DNA of 64,000 nt from Adineta vaga. Lineage: Eukaryota; Animalia; Rotifera. Under the pieces are notes generated by a model. That model did not search any database and had not been told where the DNA came from. It saw only the letters and a program-made list of their open reading frames with translations. Positions 13,159 through 25,366 of the stretch are shown here, one piece after another. The stretch covers positions 12,214,001-12,278,000 of the forward strand of contig CP075493.1 of NCBI GenBank assembly GCA_021613535.1, in the 5' to 3' direction. A program made the position numbers and the translations under genes. The first letter of the stretch is position 1, and each line of letters begins with the position of its first letter.

Positions 13159-14709
13159 ATGATTACTAACGATAGGAATGATAAAATCAAGGATGATGGC
13201 GATACTCTATTCGCTTTCAATACGTATGAAGAATTTAAGAATGAACGAGTGAAAATAAATTATGAAAATACACTTCAATTATGGTATTCTCTACCATCTG
13301 GATTGCCCAAGATTGATAATCAACGAATCAAAGAATATTCATCTCGACAGCAACGTATGCGTATGGGAAAAGTTTCAGCATTTGCTGTCTATTGTGCTTT
13401 ATTCAAACGAACACCTCTTAGAAAAAGAATTAGTTCGAAAGGTAAGAATAAAAGTATTTAGAAAAACATAAAGAAAACTATTAGATCGAGTGTATGAGTA
13501 TATAGAAAGAGAAAGTAATGAATTTCATTTCAAATATTTTAGGTTCTCGTTTGTGGCATGAAACATTGAATCTTTCTTCGTCACAAGATAAATCTCTCTT
13601 TGAATTTTATCAATCATTGAATCGTACTACAACAGAATTTCTTAATAAAGCTGAACGTTATGATCCAAAAATCAATAATGATGAGCTATTCAAAGCAAAT
13701 CGTTTAGTCTGGTGGATGGCTGCTTATCAACTTCAACAAAATGTACCGTTAGTGTTTTCTGATTCAATGTTTGGTTATAATATGCTCTATCCTTATACTG
13801 ATGATTTAGTCGACTCGAATGATGTACCCAGAGAAGCAAAGATAGATTTTGCACATATATTCCATAAACGATTACTTATTGGCGAATCAAATTATGATCC
13901 AAAATCTCATTTCAATGGTCAACAATCGAATGTGAACGAATTGGAATTACCACCTTCGCTTAAACCATTTGCAGATCGTATAGGAAAAATTTTCGATATG
14001 GTGAAATTTATTGAAAATGATTGGATACGTGATGATGAACATAATGGAGTTTATATGGGTTTAGCAACTATTCATGAATGTCAAATGCTTTCGACATTGC
14101 AACATGCACGACCTAAAGATGATTATGCCCCGACAATGGCAAAAATTGAAGAAATTAGCGCTCTAAAAGGAGGTGCATCAATAATTGCCGCTGGTTTTCT
14201 CATCGAAGGAAAATTAACACGAACAGAAATGGCTTATTTAGAATATGTTGGTTTTGGTCTACAATTACTCGATGACCTACAGGTAGACTCAGTCATATTA
14301 TGATATATTTAATTTCTTTTGTTTTCATGTAAAGGATGTAGAAGAAGATATGAAGAATAATCATCGAACAATATTTACTCAATCGATTGTTGAACGGCAA
14401 ACACTCGATGCTCCTACCGCTCGTCTCATTCAATTTTTATATAATCCACCGGCTAATCTCAAATTTTTGGACAATTCTCATTCTGAATCAAAGACAGGAA
14501 ATTATACAGATTTATTTCAATATATCCATGATTCAATGACAGTGTTTGGCGTAATGCTCATTTTAGAAGCTGCCTGTCATTTATCACAATATTATTCAAC
14601 GGGCTTTTATCGTGAATTATCCATGCGTTGTCCAGTGAGATTTAAAAGGATGAAAAGGGCACATATTGAAAAACGTATGTGGTCTGTGTTTCGACGAAAT
14701 TGGTTTTAA
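13159..14709 (+). CDS. Class I isoprenoid-synthase-fold enzyme (prenyltransferase/terpene synthase-like), bacterial type; 5' end uncertain
   Basis: Three ORFs join through introns 13442-13542 and 14283-14334. Asp-rich motifs YPYTDDLVD and GLQLLDDLQ|DVEED, plus LKGGAS. Confidence 0.75.
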
Positions 14710-16169
14710 AGAAAACACTTTTCACCTTCTGCTTGATTCATTTTGTAGAAAATTGTTAATTGCTAATAACGAACTTCAGTCATAATTATTCTCTATATAT
14801 TAAGGCTCAATTTTGTACTTCACTCCCTGATGTTCCCGAAAAGTTCAAGAAAAATGCAACGTCATTATTTTGAGAAAGAACATGTTTTCTTTTGTTCATA
14901 ATTTCATACTAATTACATACATATTTATTAAAAACAGTCGAAACGGAACATGCATGCAAATTCATGATATCATTCGAATAACTTTCTCTTTCATCAGATG
15001 AATAAATGAATGACGTAATTAGCCTTCAGAGCTGATTGCTTGATAGAGATAGCATATTATTACTGATGAACGTATAGTAGCATCAATTGAGAAAATCCTA
15101 CTTTCTTCCAATATTTTGAGATCGATATATAGCACATGTAGCATGTCTCAGAAAGTAATGCGATAATCCACACACTTCTATAATTCTTAATTATTTGATA
15201 CTTTTTATGTATTCTTTTTTTTTAATCTGAAATAATCATTGTCGATCAAAAAAGAAACTTTTGCTAATATTATCATCACTGAACTGCTGAAATCGTATAA
15301 TTAATTTTAGATCTATATGAAATTGTTCTATTAAATACATAGATATAACGAAGAAATGTATATGCATATATAGTTTTCTTCTATCTTTATATTATACTTG
15401 AAAATGAGGCCCAAATCAAGCGATGAACACATTTTTATCATGTCAAATAACATAACTATTAAGATATAACTGACGACATTATTCTGATCAGAATACAATG
15501 ATAAATTTAATCAACGGAGAAAACAACACTGTAGTAGGACATCTATTGAAAATTTCATCTATAAATATAACGATTAGAAAGAAAATATGGACGATGGATT
15601 TGAGTTTGGCTTACGCGCAGTTCGGTTCACTTCTATGACGACCCGCTGAAAGCAGACATGTGTATATTAATCTTCTTGTATGAGTTACTCGAAAACAAAC
15701 GACTTTAATAATTCTTTTTCTACCTCTTCCTTGTCAGATTATATACGAGAAAAGATTTCCGACGTTCTTTTACAAATTTTTGATTGGTCTAAGAAAATAT
15801 TAACAACGTTACCTTTGGGTTTTTTTACAAGATATTTAATTTTATAAAAGAACGTTGTCATTACATCAACAGCACAATTGATAAATATTTTTCATTTTGT
15901 TTATCGTTGAATGTGATTCTTTAGAGATGCCGCCTTCATTCTTATGCTTATGATTCGAATTTCATTATTCTCTATAAGTTTTCTGCTATTTAGATCTTCA
16001 ACGATTTGTAATAAAATGAAACGTACATCGTCTATATTTCCTTCATTCTATTCAATACCGAAAAAAGTGAAAGGTAAATTACCGATCAATTATTTAGTTA
16101 ATATATCGTTTTCTATTGTATTCATTTACAGGATTCAACACAGAAAAGTAAGTTATTTACCAACATAGG

Positions 16170-17964
16170 TTGAATAAAACCTCTTCTCATTTAAATAGTA
16201 AATCAATTAGCTGTATTGAAAATATGCCCAATGAAATTTTCTATGAAATTTTTGATTATCTTAATACGTTTGATTTTTACGAAACATTTTTTAATCTAAA
16301 TAAGCGATTTCAAAATCTTTTATCACCACCGGAATTTCTACTGAAAATCAATTTATTAAACGGTTCACATAATCAATTAGAAAATCGTTGTAATCGTACT
16401 ATTTTACCAAATAATAATCGAATTATTTCATTCCATTTAAATTCTGCGACATTGATTGAATCGTTTTTTTCAAAATATTTGATCGATTCGTCATTCAGCT
16501 CTCTACAATCAATCGTTCTTGATGAAATTTCAGAAAAAAGACTTCTCAAATGTCTTTTTTATTTCAATTCATTACCAAATCTTTCTTCACTCACTATTTA
16601 TTTGAATGAAAAATCTGCCGAATGGAAAACTCTCTATCATATGATTTTTCATTTACGTTCTTTAAAATATTTGAAAATGAGATCGAAATATAATCCGAAA
16701 GCAGATTTCATAGTACCGACTACATTGAATGAACCATTTAGTAAGTTGAAATATTTGATTATTCATCATTCATGTACTGTCAATACACTTATTTCAATGT
16801 TAAATCATACGCCTGAATTGTCTCATCTAACTTGTCAACAATTGAATGCAAGTAAAAATGAAATTGCTAACGAAATATCAATTAGACATCCCGATCTAAG
16901 ATTTATATTTATTCGACGATGTGAAGTGAAATTCGATGACTTTGAAACATTTATTACAATGTTCGCTACTAACTTGAAAACATTATATATCAATGCAGAT
17001 GTGAATCAAGCCTATTTGGATGCTAATCGATGGCAACGATTGATAACAAATTCTATGCCAAGATTATCGCGTTTTCATTTAAAATATTTCGGTACCAGAA
17101 AGAACAATTCTAAAAATAATCAACTGGATATGAAAATTAATCAATTTATTTCAACATTTTGGTTTGAAGAAGGATGCTATTTAAAAATTAAAACCGACTC
17201 TTTATTTATTCAATGTTCAATTCTTCCAGCAAGGTGTATTATTAGAAAATCTATTTTTTAGGATAAAATTCAACTTTCTTTTTACTTTCAGAAAAACATG
17301 GTTTAGCTTCCAGGACAATCTACAAACTGATCAAAATATGAATACGACTGAACAAGAAAATAATGATCCTTCTCGGATATTTTCTTCACATATTCAGCTA
17401 TTTATCCCGTTTAAAAATGACATTAATTTGAGTGAAGTTCTACAGATGCAGATGAAATCCATATTTTCGACAAGTTTATTTCTTAATTTACATGTTGATT
17501 GCATGAATATATCCAGTGATGTATTAATGGGAATTTTATGTCTATCACCTTATTTCAATTCATTAAAAATATCATCTTTTGAATCAATCAAATTGGAACA
17601 TTTATCAAGTGAAAATGTGGAGAAAGGTCTTCGTCATTTAACATCAGATAGTAACAAAATAACAAAAATCTATTTGGAACAGTTAGATAGCTTTGCAAAT
17701 ATTGATTATCTTTCAACTTTTTGCCCTCATATACAACATCTCGAAGTCGATTGTATCAATGATAATCATCTTCTACCAACTATACAACTTATTTTGGAAA
17801 AACTGACCAAAAACAATCTGGGTATTAAATACTTATGCTTGCATATTCCTGGTATCAACAAAAAGATGACACATCCAGTACAAGCAATGATTGAATATAA
17901 AAATTTACTTATAAACTATACAATTGAATATAAACCCAACAAAATTATTCTACAATGGAAATGA
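16170..17964 (+). CDS. F-box/LRR-like protein (rotifer-expanded type)
   Basis: F-box-like IENMPNEIFYEIFDYL, leucine-rich segments, and the family motif AYLDANRWQRLI. An intron at about 17233-17291 joins the 363-aa and 208-aa ORFs. Start uncertain. Confidence 0.75.
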
Positions 17965-18096
17965 GGGTGGGCGGGTGTATAGATCAAGAGATCATAGGAA
18001 GATATTTTTTCCCTTCATTCTCGCTCATATCCACTTTCTTTATATGTTTTATTCTTTGAAAAGAGAACAAAATTATTTATACAAATAGGAAACATC

Positions 18097-18720
18097 TTAA
18101 AATCTTTCTGATCTTTGAATAAAATGATCATTTTGATAAATATCTACAGAAATTAATTGTCGAAATAATGTTTGATCATTGAGAACATCTTCAGTAAATT
18201 GTTTCCAATTGATTTTTTGTTCTTTGGTTAAATTATTTTTTTGAAATACTCGATCAATAACATCTGTTATATTTGATTTCGAAGATGGAATATCAAATAA
18301 ATCGAATATATTTCGAAGAAATTCTTTAATTTCATCACGTAAAAAATATTTTTCTTTTTCATTTTCATAAAAACGAAAAATTAATTTCATTTTTTCATAA
18401 ATTGATCCATTATTACTCAAAATATTCAATAAAACAAATTCATAGAAATCAATTTGTTTATCATTATTTAAATCAAATAAATCAAATAATTGCTCAATTA
18501 ATGAAACAAATTGCGTTCGATATTCATCACGTAATTGTTGATAATAAAGACAAAATTGTCTTTTCGATAAATAACCGTGAGGATAACAATGTACAAAACT
18601 TGAATACCATTGTTGAATATCATCACGAGTTAAATCACTTTTTAATGATAGTAAATGCATATCTTTGGTTGTTAATTCAGGAGCTAAACGAGATCGAAAA
18701 CAGCCAGTTGAACCACCCAT
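18097..18720 (-). CDS. Neuronal calcium sensor / recoverin-family EF-hand protein
   Basis: MGG N-terminus (candidate myristoylation site), IQQWYSSFVHCYPHGYL, and EF-hand FDLNNDKQIDFYEF. The later EF-hands are degenerate. Intronless. Confidence 0.8.
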   Translation of the reverse strand: MGGSTGCFRSRLAPELTTKDMHLLSLKSDLTRDDIQQWYSSFVHCYPHGYLSKRQFCLYYQQLRDEYRTQFVSLIEQLFDLFDLNNDKQIDFYEFVLLNILSNNGSIYEKMKLIFRFYENEKEKYFLRDEIKEFLRNIFDLFDIPSSKSNITDVIDRVFQKNNLTKEQKINWKQFTEDVLNDQTLFRQLISVDIYQNDHFIQRSERF

Positions 18721-18884
18721 TTCCATCAAATAACATCACTATTATTCATTTCTTATCAAATGACTTGTTATTCGTCAGTGTGACAGATTTTTCTTTGATA
18801 AGAATAAAAAAACAAGAAATGTCACAGATGTTTGTCAATGAATGTGATCAAATTTATATATGTATCAAAAGAACGAAGAAGGAG

Positions 18885-19140
18885 AAGAAGAAAAAGAATC
18901 CTCGATATGCAATTGTTCAAATAATTTACTTTTAGTAATTAGAAAAAAAAATGATTTATTTGTTCATTTTATTCATCGATTCATTCAAATAGATGACATA
19001 CAAGTTGTTAAAAGAAGAAGAAAAGAATCTCGATATGTTCAAATGAATAATATTGAAATAAATGTACAAAGAATGAGTTATATGTTTCATTCATTCGATT
19101 TCATATTCAAATTAAATTAAAAAGACATACAAGTTGTTAA
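18885..19140. repeat. Degenerate two-copy tandem duplication (about 128-bp unit)
   Basis: AAGAAGAAAA(A)GAATC(C)TCGATATG at about 18885 and 19013; GACATACAAGTTGTTAA at about 18995 and 19123. Confidence 0.6.
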
Positions 19141-19375
19141 TTAGTTTTTGAGCATAAATTGATTTTTGCTTTTTTGAGAATATTAATTAAAAGAGACTTT
19201 AAGTAATGAATTCTATCGATTTTACATTCATTTTCTAAAGGAAAAAGAAGATGAGATGATTGGATTAAATATAACACTATTCGAAAAACAATATATCCAT
19301 GAGAAGAGAGTTTTAAAATATGCACAAGGAATAGAAAATTATAGGTAACTCAAATGTATTCTAGTTTATTTTATT

Positions 19376-20206
19376 TCATCTGCATTTTAGATGCGAAAAG
19401 AAGCCGATTACAGGATAATGATCAGATAGAATCGCAGTTGTTTCGTTATTTAAGACATTCGCTTTGATTAATTTGCTTGATAATGCCTTGGTTACAAGAA
19501 TATAATCTAATCTCATTGGTAGAGCATGCATCGGATCGACTTCTAATCTTGTAGGAACACTGGGTGTAAATTGATTGGATTCTTGAATTGTATCAATATA
19601 TCCTTCGTGCATCAAATGATTGATCGTTGTATAATCCACTAATTTGAAATCAGAAGTTAAAAATTTTGCTTTTAATTTGTCAGTAATAGTAAACTTTGTT
19701 ATTGGTTCGTAGTGAACATAATCACATTCCGCTAATGAATTAAGATCGCCTCCAATAATCCAATCTTTCAGATCTTGTTTTTTCAATTGATCAGTAATAA
19801 GTTTTGCTTCTATCGTTCGTGCTGTTGCTGAAAATGGATTTAAATGAGTTGCCACCAAACCAATCTTTGTTTGATCATTAACTTGAACGTAAATTAGTAG
19901 AGCACCATGATGCATATCATGTTTAAGTTGAGCAAGTTCAATTAATGGAAATGCCGATGATATGCCGAGATGAAAACCAGTCGAAGCATGGAGAAAAGTA
20001 GTATGAGAATGATTCCATTGCTTAGCAAAATTTGATAATTGTAAATGATCGAAGCGATTTAACTCAGTAAGAATAACTACTGTTGGATTTAAACTTTTCA
20101 GATAAGTGGCTATAGCATTGAGTCTATCAGAACCGAAAGTATCAACTCCACCTTCAAAAATATTGTAAACAACAATTTTGAAATCAATCGTCATAGTAAT
20201 CTTCAA
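19376..20206 (-). CDS. Endonuclease/exonuclease/phosphatase (EEP) family protein
   Basis: Motifs YNIFEGG, LTELN, ATHLNP, GDLNSL, RLDYIL, SDHYPV. Intronless. Confidence 0.85.
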   Translation of the reverse strand: MKITMTIDFKIVVYNIFEGGVDTFGSDRLNAIATYLKSLNPTVVILTELNRFDHLQLSNFAKQWNHSHTTFLHASTGFHLGISSAFPLIELAQLKHDMHHGALLIYVQVNDQTKIGLVATHLNPFSATARTIEAKLITDQLKKQDLKDWIIGGDLNSLAECDYVHYEPITKFTITDKLKAKFLTSDFKLVDYTTINHLMHEGYIDTIQESNQFTPSVPTRLEVDPMHALPMRLDYILVTKALSSKLIKANVLNNETTAILSDHYPVIGFFSHLKCR

Positions 20207-20527
20207 TACAATTGAAAGTGAAATAAAGAACGAACATAAATGATATTACTTGCAGAAAGGTAACAATCCAATATTAAATGATATTCGACAGAGGGCATTG
20301 AATGTCAGTACTACAATACATAATTTATCTCAAGCATATCGAAAACAATATCACTTCACTTTTGCTCGTTTCAGAAGATCTATCATCGTATTTACACAGT
20401 AATATATACTGTCCATTTTGTTTACGAACTGTCATTATGACGAAATGACGACAGCAAACACATGTGATTCATTTCAACCTATATAAAGCACAGAGCAGAA
20501 AAACAAATATTCGACGTTTCATGATAT

Positions 20528-21739
20528 ATGGAGAATAGAGAAAGTTCTGTAGGTGATATAAATTCGAATGCTGGGACAACAACTACTCAAAAAACTAACA
20601 GTTCAGGCGAATCTTATGACGAACAACTATTAAAGCGTTGTAGAAACATTCATTTTGATGTTGAATTTTGGTATGAAATTCTTCGAAATCAAACATTTCC
20701 TACTGAATTCATTTCAATTTCTTCATCACTTGCGCAAGCATTTGTAAATTTTTACCAAACACGTTTTATGTCAAAAACTTCCTTAACTCTCAATGATATT
20801 CAACTAATTCAATCAATACAACATCAATTGAAAGAACAAATCTTCAATTCCAAAACTTTTCAATTTATTCGTTTAAGTGCACGAAGTCCTAAAGATGGAA
20901 AACCATTAGATTCGAAAAAGATTCATCAATTTTATCAACAAAAATTACATGAATTACAAGTTCAATATCCCGATGAATATCAATCAATTAAAGGCAAAGC
21001 AAATATACAAACTATGGCGTTTTATTATGCACAATTTCATTCTTTAAAAGTAACGGATGAAATTCAAGCTTTAAATCTAATTCTAACTAGTGAACGAATC
21101 TATTATGATTTAATTGAAATACTCGATTGTCAACAAGTGAAAGAGAATCAGATTGAAAATATAAATCATATCAAAGTATTCGATTGGAATAATCATATGA
21201 TCATTCGTGAATGGAATGATGACTTAGATCCTTCGATGGAATTTCGTTGTTTTGTTTATCAATCAAATCTAACTGCGATATCACAATATAATTATTATTG
21301 TAAATATTATCATTTACAAAATCAAGAAAATATTCAACAAATTAAAACAACCATAAGAAATTATTGGCGAGAGACACTTCAACCATTGTTGAATCCATTT
21401 TCTGACCGATATTCGAATTATATTATTGATATTGGATTAATTGAAAATAAATTAAATCATCAATATGATTGTATTGTTATTGAAATGAATCCATTTGAAA
21501 GAACAACAAATCCAAGTTTATTCGATTGGATGAAAGATGATGATCAATTGAAAGGAAATGGAAATGAAGTAGAAATACGTGTACAAATGGATTATTATCC
21601 ATATATTGAAGATTATATTGAATTTCTTCTTGAAGTAAATGAATGTAATGGAGAAAATCAAACGTCATCTGATCATCCTGGTAGAAAACCATATTTTGTC
21701 TTCTTAGAACAAATGAAAACTCAACTTTCTATTGAATAA
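20528..21739 (+). CDS. Cdc123/D123-like ATP-grasp protein (divergent, non-canonical)
   Basis: Motifs FIRLSARSPKD, MEFRCFV, AISQY, YIIDIG, IEMNPF, SLFDW. Intronless, 403 aa. Confidence 0.8.
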   Translation: MENRESSVGDINSNAGTTTTQKTNSSGESYDEQLLKRCRNIHFDVEFWYEILRNQTFPTEFISISSSLAQAFVNFYQTRFMSKTSLTLNDIQLIQSIQHQLKEQIFNSKTFQFIRLSARSPKDGKPLDSKKIHQFYQQKLHELQVQYPDEYQSIKGKANIQTMAFYYAQFHSLKVTDEIQALNLILTSERIYYDLIEILDCQQVKENQIENINHIKVFDWNNHMIIREWNDDLDPSMEFRCFVYQSNLTAISQYNYYCKYYHLQNQENIQQIKTTIRNYWRETLQPLLNPFSDRYSNYIIDIGLIENKLNHQYDCIVIEMNPFERTTNPSLFDWMKDDDQLKGNGNEVEIRVQMDYYPYIEDYIEFLLEVNECNGENQTSSDHPGRKPYFVFLEQMKTQLSIE

Positions 21740-21769
21740 AAAAGATTTTATTTTGAAAATGTTTCTTTT

Positions 21770-22612
21770 GCTTTCTGACGAAAATCTTGTGAAACCGATT
21801 AAATTTTGATAGAAGTTAATGTATGCAGGTATACAAAGAGGAATAACAAGTGCATTTTCGAGGTTCGAGTAATTGTCGCGGATAACTTTTGCGGGTTGAT
21901 TACGTTTAATCTGCACATAGATCTGAAAAATCACCACTACTGTTTGACAAATGACTACCACCAATGTTTTAGCCGAAACTAAACTTGTTAACGAACGATC
22001 TTTCGACCCATGTGAGTTCGATTCAGTATTTATTGGTGCACTGTGATTTTGTCGAAGATTTTTCAATGTTTTTATGGCGAGCCTACTCAAGAAAAACAAT
22101 GGAGTGACATTACCAATGACAATATAACTATAAGCACCTAATTGATATTGACTTGCAAGTAATCCCGGTTAATATTCAACAATATCGACGCCAACTATCA
22201 AATGAATATGATAGAGTGAGATGATGACTGTCATTCCTATAATCATCCATAGAGCTAAACAATGAGTACTTTGTTTTCGTGTTACTGCTTTCGATGATGC
22301 GATCAAAGTTTGATCAATCGAACATAAAATAAGGTACAAGAGAAGTATAATAAATTAGTTTGCAGTATACAGAATTTTGTATCAATGTTGGTAGAATATA
22401 AGTTGTTATCATGATTAGAATAGTAGCATTCTGTGCGATGAAATAAATCGATTCAGGACGCTATACCGCATGCTTCTGTGTGACTAAATACGATGCAATT
22501 TAAAACGGTACCGATCGTAACCATGACCACAAGGATAGGACTAACTAAATAATTCAATAGAAATGAACATTCAGCATAATAATTTTCAATTTCAGCATTG
22601 ATCGGTGTCATT
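21770..22612 (-). pseudogene. Disrupted rhodopsin-like GPCR
   Basis: TM1-like LVSPILVVMVTIGTVLNCIVF, TM3-like LILCSIDQ and TM5-7 fragments in ORF 21704-22099 are spread over different frames with stops. Confidence 0.65.
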
Positions 22613-23588
22613 TTTATGAGATGATCCGTTGTATATATGGTAACTCTTGTGTTGAGTGATGAGAAAAATGATTGAATCGTGTTTTGCTTGTTCCACATCA
22701 ACAGTCTATTTTACATGGTTGAGTTGAAATGACAGAAAAAGAGGAAAACGCATTCAAGTGCGCAAACTTGCTTAGAAAGCTTCTCATATTTTCTTCTAAT
22801 ATTTGAAATAAGTACTTTGTTCTTTTTTTCTTATCTATACTAAGACGCTTACTCTTCATCTTATTAAAAACAGTTCCAAAAAAAACAGCACATCCTCGTT
22901 CGATCGCAACCCATACATTAAGCCAATTATCAGTATGTATGGAACATTTCAGAAAATATTCGCAATAAACTTATTACGCAGCTGAAGTACTGTTTGATTG
23001 TTTTTGATAAAAAGTTACGAAAGAGAGAACTTCATTGATAAAAACCTAAAACAAATATCATTATTAACACAATAGCACTTACTTTGATCGATATTGATTG
23101 TTGTGAAAATAATGAATATCGTCGAATTTCATAACCTAAAATATCATCCAGCCTTAAATCAAAACCTTTCGCGTAGAACTGACATAGAGTACCAAAATAC
23201 CAATTAGTATAACCGAGATAGTATGTGCGATGTTTTTCCTGCATCCATTCATGATCATTCAAATACTAAACAATACAATATAGTACATCTATTCTATTGT
23301 AAGAACTTGGGATAGAAATAATGTACATCATTCAATGCTTCATTCATCTATACGAATAATCTGTAATTTATCTATGTTCGAAACTGAAAGAAAATCTTGA
23401 TAGTATTCAGATAAAATAAAATTATGTTTTTATATAGGTTACCAAGAACAATATAGTCATTTTTTATATGGATTCTCGGTTATAAGATTTTTCAATGTTC
23501 ATCTTCACTATTAAGAAAACAATAAAAACAAAAGTAAATTGCGTCATCATATGCCCAACTTTCACTATATTTACACAAAAGTTATTTA

Positions 23589-24040
23589 TTAAGCACCAGG
23601 CCACGTTCCTAGCACCATACACCAATAAATAACGTTATTTTCATCTTTAGCAATACCTATTCCTATATTGCGAAAATTGCCATTGAGAATGTTTTCTCGA
23701 TGGCCTTGACTGTGCATCCATCCATTCATTACACTCGAAGCCGATGTCTGTCCAGTAGCCACATTTTCACCAATCGTAGTCCAACTGTAACGTGCTCTAT
23801 GAGCACGTTCACCGACCGTTTTATGACCGTGGATATTTTCTTCATGACTCATATGTTTAGTTTTTGCCATATAATTGGCATGGTTTTGTGCTGCACGATG
23901 TAATCTCAAATGGTACGATAAAGATGGCGCACGATGTGAATGACGATGGTGATTACATAAACTGACAATTTCTAAAAATTATTGAATGCACTGGTATTGA
24001 AAATAATTTTTCTGAATGATACTATACCTCTTCGTGTCAT
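23589..24040 (-). CDS. CAP/SCP domain protein, bacterial YkwD-like
   Basis: ATG 24040 (MTRR), intron at about 23972-24027, then EIVSLCNHHR..AAQNHANYM..GENVATGQ..WMHSQGHRENIL..IGIG..YWCMVLG. No signal peptide. Confidence 0.85.
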
Positions 24041-24497
24041 TGCTGCAATTGTATGCTTTTGAATTGTTTGAAATCATGTTCTGATATGTAAATTATATAT
24101 AAGCAAAAAAAACAACGATGAATCAGTTGTGATAAACAGAAATAAGAAATCTCAAATAAAAAAAATACAACTAAGTCTGATTCATCGATTTGTTTTTTCT
24201 GTTTCACATTTCTTAAAAATAGTGACGTCATGAATGATCTTGTTGCTTTATTACCCGTGATAAAGAAAACGAGAAAAAAAACAACGTGTTGGTCGATTCA
24301 ATTTCTTCAGTTTAAGATTTCTGATATAGAAAAATTTGTTTGCACCATTGATAGATGAGATGAAAAGAATATCTCCGGTACATGTACCTAAATATAAAAA
24401 TGCGCCAAGTAATATTCTCTTATCAGTCAAAATAATACTATAGTCACTCTCTTTTTTTAGTAAGATGACATAACAAATTTATATATTATCTTGTTAA

Positions 24498-25147
24498 GGG
24501 ACGATTTTTTCAAGCAATTTATCCGTATAAACGACATAGTTTTGCACCACTCTATGCTATAGAAATTCTGATGATAGATTCGGATTCCTCGTCACCAAGT
24601 CTATCAAAATCACTATTTTTAAAAAAATTTTCGAAGGGGGTTTTGCTAGAAATCCTAATATACAGGTGGGATTTCCAGACCCAAAAACTCGATTAATAGA
24701 GAACTCTGGACATAGTGAAGTGTCACGTTTGATAGAGGAACAAAAGTTCTGTCGAAACATATATTTGCCGCCGGGGGGGAGTGAGTTTTTCCCGAAGTAG
24801 GATTTTCAACGACCTTGACATAGTTTTTTCTGACATCATACATTTGTTTCCTTCAAAAATCTTACTTCGGGAAAAACTCACTCCCCCCCGGCGGCAAATA
24901 TATGTTTCGACAGAACTTTTGTTCCTCTATCAAACGTGACACTTCACTATGTCCAGAGTTCTCTATTAATCGAGTCCCACCTGTATATTAGGATTTCTAG
25001 CAAACCCCCTTCGAAAATTTTTTTAAAAATAGTGATTTTGATAGACTTGGTGACGAGGAATCCGAATCTATCATCGGAATTTCTATAGCATAGAGTGGTG
25101 CAAAACTATGTCGTTTATACGGATAAATTGCTTGAAAAAATCGTCCC
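24498..25147. mobile_element. Fold-back element / MITE-like near-perfect palindrome, about 650 bp
   Basis: Left arm GGGACGATTTTTTCAAGCAATTTATCCG... (24498 to about 24806) is the reverse complement of the right arm (about 24856 to 25147, ...AAAAAATCGTCCC). Spacer about 50 bp; one ~16-bp indel between arms. Confidence 0.85.
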
Positions 25148-25313
25148 GGAGAGTACATGGTATTTGGGCTGCAGTTCATCAGCAAGAGGTGGCATGACTT
25201 TCGTCCAAGAGTGAAAAAGTCTTAGAAATGGTTATTACACAAGTCCTGAAAGTTTCAAACGATTTGGTGAGGTTCAGTGTAAACGTGTCACAAGTACGAT
25301 GGAAACACCCATA

Positions 25314-25332
25314 ATATATATATATATATATA
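25314..25332 (+). promoter_or_regulatory. (TA)n run at TATA-box position upstream of cathepsin L
   Basis: ATATATATATATATATAG lies about 35-50 bp upstream of ATG 25367. Confidence 0.4.
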
Positions 25333-25366
25333 GCTCCACACCTTATTCATTCTGTTACATACAAAA

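Noticed and set aside
18402-18935. 177-aa + strand ORF
   Set aside because: It is the antisense shadow of the EF-hand gene with no recognisable motifs; the same applies to most 60-100-aa ORFs overlapping real genes.
22900-23262. Possible gene fragment (WMQEKHRTYYLGYTNWYFG)
   Set aside because: It looks coding-like, but I cannot assign a family or build a gene model.
24494-24500. TTAA-GGG as a piggyBac/Kolobok boundary
   Set aside because: There is no TTAA at the right end, so the superfamily cannot be assigned.
24557-25185. Short ORFs within the palindromes (also 46564-47622)
   Set aside because: They are by-products of inverted repeats and have no transposase motifs.
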